Below are positions 36,901 through 49,064 of a stretch of DNA of 64,000 bases, piece by piece. Under the pieces are notes generated by a model that was not told the origin of the DNA, did no database searches, and worked only from the letters and a program-made list of their open reading frames with translations. The stretch spans positions 144,593,632-144,657,631 of the forward strand of contig NC_068982.1 in the NCBI RefSeq assembly GCF_001194135.2, written 5' to 3'. The DNA comes from Octopus bimaculoides. Taxonomy: Eukaryota. A program made the position numbers and the translations under genes. The stretch's first letter is position 1; each line of letters begins with the position of its first letter.

Positions 36901-39900
36901 AGGATATCTGACCAAGGTGCAAAGATCATAGTTTTTAACAAACATATCTGGATTCAGTTGTGATTTTTCAGAGTTTTTCAACTGAAGTAGCTTTACTGTT
37001 GTCATGTCTAGCAATGCATGCATCTGAAAGCAGATCATGACCTAGTTTGGTGTCCCACATGCTGTGGGAAAATTTCAAATGTTTTTTTGCAAGAAATAAA
37101 GCAATTCAGCATTACTAAATGAATAACTTAACAGGGCCATATTAAATTCCTCACAGTATTTAGCGTTTTTTTTCTTCTATTTACTGAGTTTAAATCTTTT
37201 TAAAATTGATCTTTGATTTTCATCTTCAGAGATTGGTAATCTAAGTATCAATTATTAGGATTATTGAAATTATTAATTCAAATTTTTAGTCTGGTACCAG
37301 TGTGACAAATCAATATTAATTTGGAATGAGGGTGGAAGGCTGGCAGAATTGTTATCATATCAGGTAAAATGCTTAGCAGTGTTTTATCTGTCATTAGGTT
37401 CTGTGTTCAAATTCTGCAGAGGACAACTTTGTCTTTCATCCTTTCAGGGTCAATAAAATAAGTACCAGTTGAGCACTGGGGTTGATATAATTGACTTAAC
37501 CCTTCCCCTGAAATTACAAGCCTTATGCCAAAATTTGAAGCCAATATTAATTTGGAATGAGAAACACTTAAGAATAAACTTAGGTTTCTGAGAATAGCAT
37601 TCATGGCTCTTACTTGTTTCTAGATCACTTCATATGAGGCACAAATACCTTTCAACAAAGCATTAACATCTCACCTGAGTTCCATTCCTACCTAATGGTT
37701 GAGTTATTGTTGGTAGATAGGTTATCTTGTTGCAAAATCTACTGGCTTAACAATATGCATATATCATATGTTTTGAAAACTCTGCCATCAACTTTATGAT
37801 GGGGAAAATAAATGTAAAGAGTACAAAATAAATAAATAAATCAATAAATACCATAAAAATCAAAATGAACATAAAAAAAAAGCCAGAAATTACTTACAAC
37901 ATCTGTTTTTATGTTATAGTTTCCTGTTTCCAAACTTTCTAGCGCCATCCATTTTACGGGAAGTTTTGATTTCTTATTATCACTGCTGTAGTAGTCTCGT
38001 TCATAAATATCTCGAGAAAGACCAAAATCTGCAACTTTTACCACAAGTTTTTCATCAAGCCTAAAAAGAAAATAATATTCAGTATCAATTCTATGTAAAA
38101 CATACTTGGCCTTAATTAAAGCAATGAAGTGACATAGATGGGGAAATGTTAGACTAAATGTATCCTGGTATTTAATCATGTTATTTTATTTATATATTTA
38201 TTTTGTTCTGATCTCACTGAGATTGATGTTTGCATTTCCTCTCTATCAGCATATTTTTATTTTTTGGGGCAAGCAAAAGTTAAATTGTGATGGCACCTGT
38301 ACCAGTGGAGCGCTAAGAGCATCGTTCGAGCGTGATCGTTACCTGGCACGTGAAAAGTCATTCGAGCGAGATTGTTGCCAGTGCCACTGGACTGGCTCCT
38401 GTGCAGGTGGCACGTAAAATACACATCGACTGCATTCAGATGGTGCTTTTTACATGCCACCAGCATGGGAGCCAGTCAGTGGGGCACTGGCCACAGCTAC
38501 GATATTGGTTTTACTTGACTCAACAGGTCTTCTCAAGCATATATCGCACGGTGTATCAGAGGTACTCTTAACTGGGTTGGACATACATAGCTGCAATCTC
38601 ACTTTAGTTGCTGGGTCTTCTCAATCACAGCATATCTCCAAAGGTTTTGGTCTCCTGTTATTGCCTCTGTGAGGCCCAATGTTCGAAGGTCATGCTTTAC
38701 CATCTCTCCCCTGTCTTCCTAGATGATGTCTATATTACAATATTACATCATCATTGTTTAATGTCTGCTTTCCCTACTAGCATGGGTATGTTGTGCATGT
38801 ATAGTAATATTATGATCACACAATTAACATTATCTTATCTTACTCTTTCTTGTGGAACCCCTAGGAACCTTTTGTAGAACCCTAGGGTTCCAGGGAACCC
38901 TGGTTGAGAAACACTGGCTTAGAGACTCCTTCATTTGGCTCACCACTCAGAGATTGATACAATAAATATCAAGCACGAAACTAGATTGAATCAACTGACT
39001 GAACTCCTTTCCTATAAAATAGAGGCCTTGTATAAATGTAATTGATATTTATGATGAAAGAGGCGAACTGAGATTGAGTTTTACAGTCTGGATATCTTGG
39101 CTTCAGAGGATGCATGGCCTAGTGGTTAGGGAGTTGCTCTCACAATTGTGAGATCATGGGTTCAATTCCTGGTCAGGACTGTGCACTGAGTTCTTGAGTA
39201 AAATACTTCATCTCATATTATACTGAAATCACTTTGGCTTATGAAGTGTGGTACACCACACATCTGTATAGGCAATGTCGATTTGATGTAGAGAGTGGGC
39301 AGCACCAACATTTGTTCATTATAAACATATTTGTGCAAGTTGTTCGGCCAGAAATTACAGAACTGTTTTGCTTGGACTTGAGAAACTACCACATATTATT
39401 GTGGTGAAGTATTAGTAAATGGGTATTGTTCTAAATGCTATATCCTGTTTAGAAAACATGCATCATTTTAATTAATGGGAAAACCATTAATTAGCAACTA
39501 AACCAAAGAATGGAATTTGAGAACATGTAGAAATGCATGAGTATGCAAATTTGCTTAAATCAGATGAAATTAAAAATTAAAAATTAGAAATATAATTGTT
39601 TTTTCTCCCTTTTAATCTAAAACAAAATCAAAAAAATACAAACTAGATTAAATCCCATGAATAAAACAAATAACCTATTTATTTGTGAAGGCCAAAAAAC
39701 ACACCAAGTCTTCTCTATATTAAGTCTGTGTTAAAGAAGCGTTAAAATATTTTTAATTTTAGTAAAGAATTACTAATTAGTAATTAACGCAAAAGGACAA
39801 AAAATAAAATGAAAATAAACAAAACAAATAAACTGACAGGAAATGAAAAAGATCAAAGCTGAGAACTAAAACTGAAGTTGTAACACCATTACAGTGAAAT

Positions 39901-42900
39901 GAATACTTACATACAATTCCGTGCTGCGAGATCTCTATGGACAAACTTTAAACCAGATAAATAGTCCATCCCCGATGCAATACTGATGCCAAAGACAATG
40001 AGATCTTTAATGGTTGGTTGCTGGAGAAATTTGATGGTGGTGGTGGTGGTGGCAAGGCAAGAAGAAAAAAACCCCCGAAAAAAAGAGGAAAAAAGAAAAG
40101 TAAAAGGAAATGAAAACATTGTTATTAAAAATGTCTGTTTAAATGTTTATTCTTTTTCAAGAAAAGGTATTTGAAATGGGATTATATTTCAATTTCCGCT
40201 GAATAGGTCCCCAAGAAGAAACAGGGTTATGCCAACTGTGAAGAAACATGATCCAAGGCAACATTTGGTACTAATAACCTAATATATATGTGTGTGTGTG
40301 TGTCTGCACACATTCATGCATGTGTGTGTGTGTATGTGTATATGTGTGTATGTATGTATGTATGTATGTATGTATGTATGTATGCATGCATGCATGTATA
40401 TTTGTGTGTGTGTTTCATAAATTAATGACTAAACATTTTGTATTAAATTAGTTATTATATCTACTGATATCTTGTTTAACATTTCACTGAGTTGTTTTTT
40501 CTTTTGCTGTCTTTCTCTCTCTCTCATTTTTTAATATAATTTACAATTTTATACATGTTTATTTAGATATATAGATACTCTCTCTCTCTCACTGGATATA
40601 ATTTTAAAATTATCTTGGGAATGCATCATCCATAAACAGAAGGGTGTTGTTTCTTAGCCCCGATACATCCTTGATCCAACAGAGTCTTTCCAACTGTGCC
40701 CATCCTCTATTTTATTTTTCTGGAGTAGTTTATCTTGGGTTACATTATTCAATGTGTCCTTTTCAAAAGACACATGCTGTTGTTTGAGGGAGAGGTTTAG
40801 TTGTTACTTCTAGCAGGTTGAGCAACCAGCCATGCAAAGGCACCTTCTGACTATGAAATAAATAACAGAGCTAGGAAAGGATGTTTGATAGTAGAGAATA
40901 CAAAATTATCTCTTTTATATTAGAAGAACCTGCTTTCAACCCCACCCATAAAAAAACAAAAAACAAAACCAATATTTTAGTCTCTTCACTATACTTGCAT
41001 GGATCAGATAGAATCCATTGAAGCAAATTTTCTACAGCTGGATATTCTTGTTGTTGCCAACCCTCACTTCTTGTTTCCAAGCAGGTTAATGTTTTGTCAT
41101 GACTAGACATGTTTTTTTATGGAAGAATGGAAACGAGGGGTACTACAGGTTCCATAGTCTGTTTTGGTTTGGTTTCTACAACTAGGTGCCCTTCCTAACG
41201 CCAACCACTTTACAGAGTGTCCTGGGTGCTTTTTACATGGCACCATCACCAGTGTTTTTTATGTGGCACCTAGTTTTGTTCCTCAACATTTCAAGTTCAA
41301 TTTCTGTTTCATGAAGACAACAAAAAATGCTATCCAATTTTACTCACACACTTATACATATGCATGTAACCAAGGCATACATAGATTAAAAAGTGCAGCT
41401 TACATTGTTAACATCTCGAAGATATGATAGTAGGTCACCATGTAACATGTATGGAAGCACAACAAGAGGCATTTGGTCTTTACCAAGACAGATTCCAATC
41501 AGTGATAAGATGTTTTCATGATCAAAGTCTTTCATAATTATGGCTTCTGTTAAGAATGCTTTCACATCAATTTCTCGGGGGTTATCTTCTACAAATAAAC
41601 AGCAATAAAACAGATAATTAGAAATATTCATAAAAATTGCTTTTCCCCACTTTAATTTTCAATTAATATAGTTGGACATTTGTATATTGCTGGAGAAATT
41701 TTTTTACAGCTAAATGTCTTTCCTACTGCAAATCACTTAACAGTGAATTACGAGATGGAACCTGTTTGTCAGTCAGGCAAACCAATTTGGCAAACAGAGC
41801 CAGGTGTATTTCCCAGATGTGCAACACAATGGCCAGGTTAATTAGAGTTGATGTCATAACCATGTAGTTGATAAGCTGGTCTTTTAACTTACAACTATTG
41901 GCTTTCATTGATTAATAGTAATAAGAGTTGATTGTTGTAAAAACATAATTGCATCTAACATCCAATGCTGCTACCGCTGCAACAGCAACAACTACAACAG
42001 CAGTAATTGAAATGTAAATATCTCTTAAGCTCTGAAGTAGTTTTGTTATGGACAAGATGTTAAAATTACAAATAACTTTCTCAGATGAACTGACAGTTCG
42101 GTGAAGAGAGGCAATGAAGATTTAAGAATATTCAACCCAGAGAAAAAAGATGAGAAAACCAAAACAAAACAAATCTGATATGATTTGAATACAAGATCTA
42201 TTAAGATCGTGCTAAGAACTGGAATTGTTTGAAATGGACACAGTAAATAAAGGAAATACTTGGGTTATGGCAATATGTCTATTGTTTGAAGTAGCACACC
42301 TTTTTTTTGCTATGGCACCTGTCATAACAGTTTGTCTACCTGGATATCAAACTTCTATTAATATTATTAAGCAATGAAGGTGTTACATAAAAAGAACTTA
42401 CTATGAAGTGTTTTTACTGCAACAAGGCTTTCTCCCTTTTCTCCAGGTTTAAAGAGGAACGCTCGGTGAACACAACCAAAATGTCCTGAAAAATTAACAG
42501 TTGAATGAAATTAACAGAGTTATCATATAAAAGATATATTGACTAGCTTGGCTAGTTGTTATGTGTTCAGTTTCCTCCTCAAGGCATTCTCATCACACCT
42601 CAACTCTCTAATTGCATACTTAAGCAGCTTCTCCCCAATACCACTTACTCCTCTTACAGCCATTTCACTTGTTATTCATCTTTTAGTCTTAATACTATCT
42701 TCCCCACCTACATTTTACATTGAACAGCCTTCTAAACCACCAAGTTTTCTCTCCTGCACTACATTATGTCTCTCCCTCTTCCATATTCTTATAACCTGCC
42801 GAATCACATATCATCTCCCCCTTATTTCTCTCTTTTTCCATGTCTGCTGTATCATCATTACTATTGTGATTACTATTCTGCTGCTCTTCATCTCCACCTT

Positions 42901-45900
42901 AATAATCAGTCATCTCCTCTCCTCTGCCCTATCACAACTCATGCATCATTGGCTATGAGAAAATGCACTAGTACACAATGTAAAGTGGTTGGTGTTAGGA
43001 AGGACATCCACCTGTAAAAACCAAACCAAATGACATGTACAGGCACCTAGTCTTTAGGACTAATAGCTTTCAATGAAAGGTGGCTTCAGTTATCACAAAC
43101 TGTCCAATCCATTCCAACATAGAGAGCAGACACAAAAAAGATGATAAAGATGATATACAAGATATTTAAGTTGAATGTTTTGAAACTATCATTTAACTCT
43201 TTAGCATTCAGGCTACCCTGTCAAATCTATTGCTTATTTATTCACATTGTTTTGAATTAATCATGCATTATCTCATAGCTCTGAGATTTCAATGATGTTA
43301 TTGCTTACTTTTGCAATGACAGTGTGAGATAAATGTGAGAGGCTGAGTCCAGATATGACTGGTTTAAGTGCTAAAGGGTTAAGATTTCATTGTGCTTCTG
43401 CTTATATGAAAAGTTTTTGGTTAGAAATAGAAGGCTGAATGCTTTTATGCTGTCCCTTAAGTTTCTAGCAAACTTGAATATATAAAAGTTAAAGTGAGAG
43501 GGTTTCAAAACTGAATTACCTTGGCCAATTTTATCTTTCATCAAAAGTGCTTCCTTTGGTATGAGAAGTTTTTGGTCTTTGAGAAGAAGAAAAGTATCCT
43601 CATCAATGAGTGGTATTCCACTTGTAGCTCCTGTGGCATAGGTTGTGGCCCCAGGTGAGTCTTGTCGCTCCGTATACTCTAGAAGAGAAGAAAATTAGAG
43701 CCAAATTAAAGTAATGATTTGAAGACGAGTTATTGTTGAGAATAGATTTGAGATACAAAAGAGGAAATTTTAACCTTTAGTATTCAGATTATTCTATCAA
43801 ATGTAGTGTTTATTCATGAGCATTGTTTTGAATTTATCATGCATTATCTTATAGAGGGTGTCCACAAAGTCTGGGTACATGGGGATTAACACATACTTTA
43901 AGAAATTATTATTCCTTATATTTAATTGTTTATATTATGATTTTATTTACTCCATGTACCCATATGAGGATTAACACATATTTTAAGAAATTATAATTTC
44001 TAATACTCTTACTCTTTTACTTGTTTCAGTCATTTGACTGTGGCCATGCTGGAGCACCGCCTTTAGTCAAGCAAATCGATCCCAGAACTTATTCTTTGTA
44101 AGTCTAGTACTTATTCTATCGGTCTCTTTTGCTGAACCGCTAAGTTACGGGGACCTAAGCACACCAGCATCGGTTGTCAAGCGATGTTGGGGGGACAAAC
44201 TGTTTATGTTATGATTTTATTTACTCTATGTACCCAGACTTTGTGGACACCCTGTAGCATTGCAATTTCAATAATGTGATAGCTTATTTTTAAAATGATA
44301 TTGTAGAGTAGGAGTGAGAGACTGGATCTGGTCAGTTTGAACATAAAACAAGTAGATTATTTGGATCAGATCCAACTAGTTTAAATTACTTTAGAATAAT
44401 GGTAGCTGTTAGTGAGCTGGTTTAATGACTGTGAATTAAAAGGCTAACTAAACTAAGAATGTTTTCAGTTAGTGCTTGTTTAGTTCTAGATTTTTGGTGT
44501 GGATTGGATGAAAGATTAATCATCCCTTGGATAGAGAAAAAGTGAATCTTGGGCAAAATGCAATAGATTAGGTATTAAGGTTAGTGTAGCTAGAAAGAAT
44601 AGCTAAATTCAAAAAAGAGGATTATCAAAAGATTTTGGGAAAAATAATAGTCTCAAAAGAACAATAAGAAAAGTGAATCACTTGTCTGGTGTCTCTTAAA
44701 CATTTTCCAAAAAATTCAATGATGATTAAATTTCAATAATTCATCTTTCACGACTGTTTCTAGTCTGTCTTAGCATTTATGATTATGTGGATAGAAGTTT
44801 GGAATAACTATTTTATCATATATTTCTTTTTAGGAACAGTGAATCTTGAAGTAAATAAACCTATAAATAATAGCATGTAAATGTTGACTTAAAAGCCCTT
44901 TGCATTATTAACCCAATATTTACATGCTTTATTTGCTTTGAGATTCACTGTTCCTAAAAAGAATTATTTCACATTCTTGAAGTTTCTAAACTGTTATAAT
45001 GGAAGGGTTTCCAGCTGTAAAAACCATGGATGTTAAATGATGACCACACACACTATAAATTAATAATAAGGAGAACAGAGATTTGTATGTCCAGTTTTAT
45101 TCTGCAGTCAATCATGTCTTTCCATTTCTGCTGCAACTTGGTGTACTCTACAAAATTTTGTATCTTGGTGTTAACTGCCACTTCTTCAGGGTGCTATTTA
45201 CAGTGTTTCAGGTCCCATCTGAACTAAATGCAAGTCCAACTAAAATATTTCACCCATTTGGTGTTAGTATTCTAAAAATAGCCTAAATTCTGACCTTTTC
45301 AACTCTGTGACTAGCTGTCCAACAATGAATCAGTAGTCCTTAGTGCATATTGATGTTATTGTTGTTAGTATTATTATCCTCCTTATCACTACTGCTCTTA
45401 TTATTATTATTACTATTATTGTTAATAATGAGCTAATGTTCTATTATTTAATTTGCTAATTTTATAATTAAATTAAATTAATGGATATCATTAATTTTAT
45501 TTCCTTAATGCTCTTTAATATCAATTAAGTTTATTTATTTAGGAGTTTATATTTAATCCGCTACTCAACATTCTATGATTTCTGTTCTAATTTTAGTATT
45601 ACATATCATTCAATCACTTAAATCGATTAATCAATTTAAGTGGTTGAATGATATGTAATACTAAAACATGCAGTCTCTATAGAGACAAATGGATTTGCTG
45701 ATGTGAAGATCTACTGAGGATAGTAAAATAAACTAACTGGAGTTTTTCTACATTCATGGAGGTTAGCCAGTATTATTAACTGGTAAAAGTGAATAAGGAC
45801 CTGTTAGGATTGTATATCTCTACCAACCTACTTTGAAATTTACCTTTATATATATATATTATCATCATCATCATCATCGTTTAACGTCCGCTTTCCATGC

Positions 45901-46231
45901 TAGCATGGGTTGGACGATTTGACTGAGGACTGGTGAAACCGGATGGCAACACCAGGCAACACCAGAGAGTGTAGTGGGTGCTTTTACGTGTCACCCGCAC
46001 GAAAACGGCCACGCTCGAAATGGTGTCTTTTATGTGCCACCCGCACAAGCCAGTCCAGGGGCACTGGCAACGATCTCACTCGAAAATCCTACGGGAGCCA
46101 GTCAGGCGGTACTGGCAACGGCCACGCTCAAAATGGTGCATCTCATGTGCCACCCGCACAAGAACCAGTCCAGGGGCACTGGCAACGATCTTACTTGGCT
46201 TGCCGGGTCTTCTCACGCACAGCACATTTCC

Positions 46232-46280
<49 letters not shown>

Positions 46281-49019
46281 CACATTTATGAATTTGTGTT
46301 GCAAGGTTCCAGATGTGAAGTCGTGTGTTGAAACATATTGTATTTCGGGTTGGTCATTTCTTTTTTGGCCAAATAAACACACACACTATATATTTGTTCT
46401 TCACTTGTTTATTACTGTTCTTATTCTAACTCATGTCCATTGTCAGGAAATCTTTCATCACACATCTGTGACCCCCTCAGTGACTCTTTCTGTCTTTGTG
46501 TGTGTTCTTGTTCTGCTTATTCCATTCTGTTTTTCTATTATGTATATTCTTATGTGTGTGTGTTATTGTTCTTAGTAGTACTATGGCCATCTCCTCAGCC
46601 TCATTCCTGCCGCCCTTGAATGCAACTTTATGTACCATTCTTGTAACTCACTGTGTTTGTGTGTTTGCCCACATTTCTGCCATCGTGGTAGATGTTGTTG
46701 TTGCCACTGTTGTTAGTTGTGTTACTGATATTGTTGCGGCTGTCTGTGATGTAACCATATGTGTGTTTGTGTGTGTGTATATGGTTCACTTCCTATGTTG
46801 TTTGTATCCGTGCCCTTTATACAGTTTTTTTATTATAATGTTTCTAATTTTTTAATATTTATCATAGGTATGTACATATATGTCTACTGTATGTGTATTA
46901 CACTATTTGTATCTGTTATTTTTCTTTTTCTTCTTTCAGTCTTTAGTCGTCATATTGTGTGGTGTGGTGGTGGGTGTTATTGTCCCATTTGTGTTTTCTG
47001 TTGAGGCTTGGTCTGTCTATTGTTATGTGTGTAGCCTCTGTGATCTATCTAAGTGTTGTGTCAGTTCTATGTGCTGATAATACTTTGACCTCTATGCTAT
47101 TGACTGAGCCTCTATGTTCTGTTTGAGCATGTTGGTAGAGTACTGATGAGCCTTTCTCTTCTTTGAGCTCTTTCCAGTGTTTACCTATACACTCTCCTAC
47201 GCTGCATGCTGTCTCTTCAATATAAGTAGTTGTCATGCTTCTGCACCATCCTCAGTACACTGTAAGCTATACACTATATTCCTAGCCTTACAGTTAACCT
47301 GTCGGTTCATCCTACATACAATACATTTGTTCTCTGTACATGGGGACCTATCGAAGGGATAAGTTCTACAGATCAGAGATTTTATAGGGGCACCAGGCCT
47401 TTCTACTACTTTAATTCATAGATTGGCCTTATTTAATGTTTTTCTAAAAAGGTATGCTAGTTCATCACCAAGGGCAGCATCAATGAACATGCCATTGTGA
47501 TATATTTTGTTGTCATACCATGAGTTAGCCTTATCTATCTTTTTTCTGGTCCTTTTTGTGCTGTTCTAGGATTTTCTCCTGTGTAGCGGGCAGATCCCCT
47601 TAGCATCACTCTCTATGATGGCTGTGTACTTAGCCCTGGATCCTTAACAACTATATATATATCTAGTTGCTAACTGTGAACTATAAAAAATTTTATCAGC
47701 TTATCAAACTTCAATATGGGAAAAGTCTACAACCTTTGGTGCCAATAAATTATTACTGTTCCTGAATGTCGTTTTTTTTATACCTACCATGGAATGCTTG
47801 AAACTTACAAACTTTCTACACTTAGATCCTTGGATCTTATAATTATATATATATATATATATATTAAGGCTTTATTTCCATATACGCCAGCTTAATTTTA
47901 TTCGTCCAGTCGAAAGACATCTGTTGTTATGTTCTGCTATTGTTCCTACTGTATTTGTGTAACATTGTTAGTTTTCTTCCGTCCTTGCTTTTGTATACAT
48001 TCACTGCTTTCTCCCAAGGAATCTAATGCTCTTAGCTTAGTTTTTCCTTGGGACTGGCCAGATTGGAGCCATATTGAGAATAACCAGCCAAAATTGCAAG
48101 GATAATCTGNNNNNNNNNNATCTAATGCTCTTAGCTTAGTTTTTCCTTGGGACTGGCCAGATTGGAGCCATATTGAGAATAACCAGCCAAAATTGCAAGG
48201 ATAATCTGGATCTCGACTGAAGAGAGAAAACTCCGAATGATATGCCTGTGTTTTCTTTGTATCGTCTATCTGTATGTTTTGTCCCTTTCTTGTATCACCT
48301 AACTGTCTGGATATTTTGCATTCTTGTCCCATTCTGTATTATTCATGTATTGAGAGAGAGAGAGAGACTGAAGGTGAGAGAAAGAAAATGATGATTAAGA
48401 ATAGTTATATAAAAAGGAGAGTAATTAGTAAAAAAAAAAAAATCAACAGACAACATAACAGCAGGCAGGATGGATTCAGTGCAATCATCTCCTCATCTTA
48501 TGAAGAGGACTCACCATTTGTTGTTGTTGGAAGCAACCTACCAAACACATCAAGGGACACCTCACCACCATTGAAATAACGAGCTGTATGTGGGATTTGG
48601 CGTTTTTTAGAGAATACCTTTTTCTTCCAAAGACAGTAACAGGTGACAGCGATAAGGATGAGGATCACACACAAGGCGACAATCAATGCAATGACAGTGG
48701 TGCTGGCAAAGACGGATTTGGTGTCAACATAAAGCAACCAGCCAACTTCATAACTTAAGTAGCCAATATTAACCTGAGAAATAAGCAGACAATTAGTTAA
48801 AGGGCAAAGGATTAAACAATATATACATATAAGCATTAAAAGTATGTAGGTGCAGGAAGCGGTGTGTTGTTAAGAAGTTTTGTTTGCAACCACCAAGTTC
48901 TGTGTTCAATCTTACTGTGTGGCACTCTGGCTAAGTGTCTTCTATTATAGGTCTAGGTCAATGAATGTCTCATGAGTGAATTTGGTACATGGAAATTGCT
49001 CGAAACATAAAAAACTTTC

Positions 49020-49064
<45 letters not shown>

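Noticed and set aside
2485-46331. Apparent peptide family MPPA(Q/W)EPVR.HW / CH.H.SQSGGT in many short ORFs
   Set aside because: Translations of the RTE 3'UTR minisatellite in different frames; no coding signal.
48021-48208. Exact 89-bp tandem duplication (ORF 47946-48332 with a repeated peptide)
   Set aside because: Identical copies sit either side of a 10-N gap: unmerged contig overlap, an assembly artefact.
48217-48238. Hammerhead-like CTGAAGA-GAG-AAAA-CTC-CGAAT near the Penelope fragment
   Set aside because: GAAA is broken and no stem I or III; a relic at most.
48498-48514. Kinase-less MET isoform by read-through of the 48515 donor (ends GESSS*)
   Set aside because: The donor GTGAGT is strong and nothing in the sequence supports intron retention or intronic polyadenylation.
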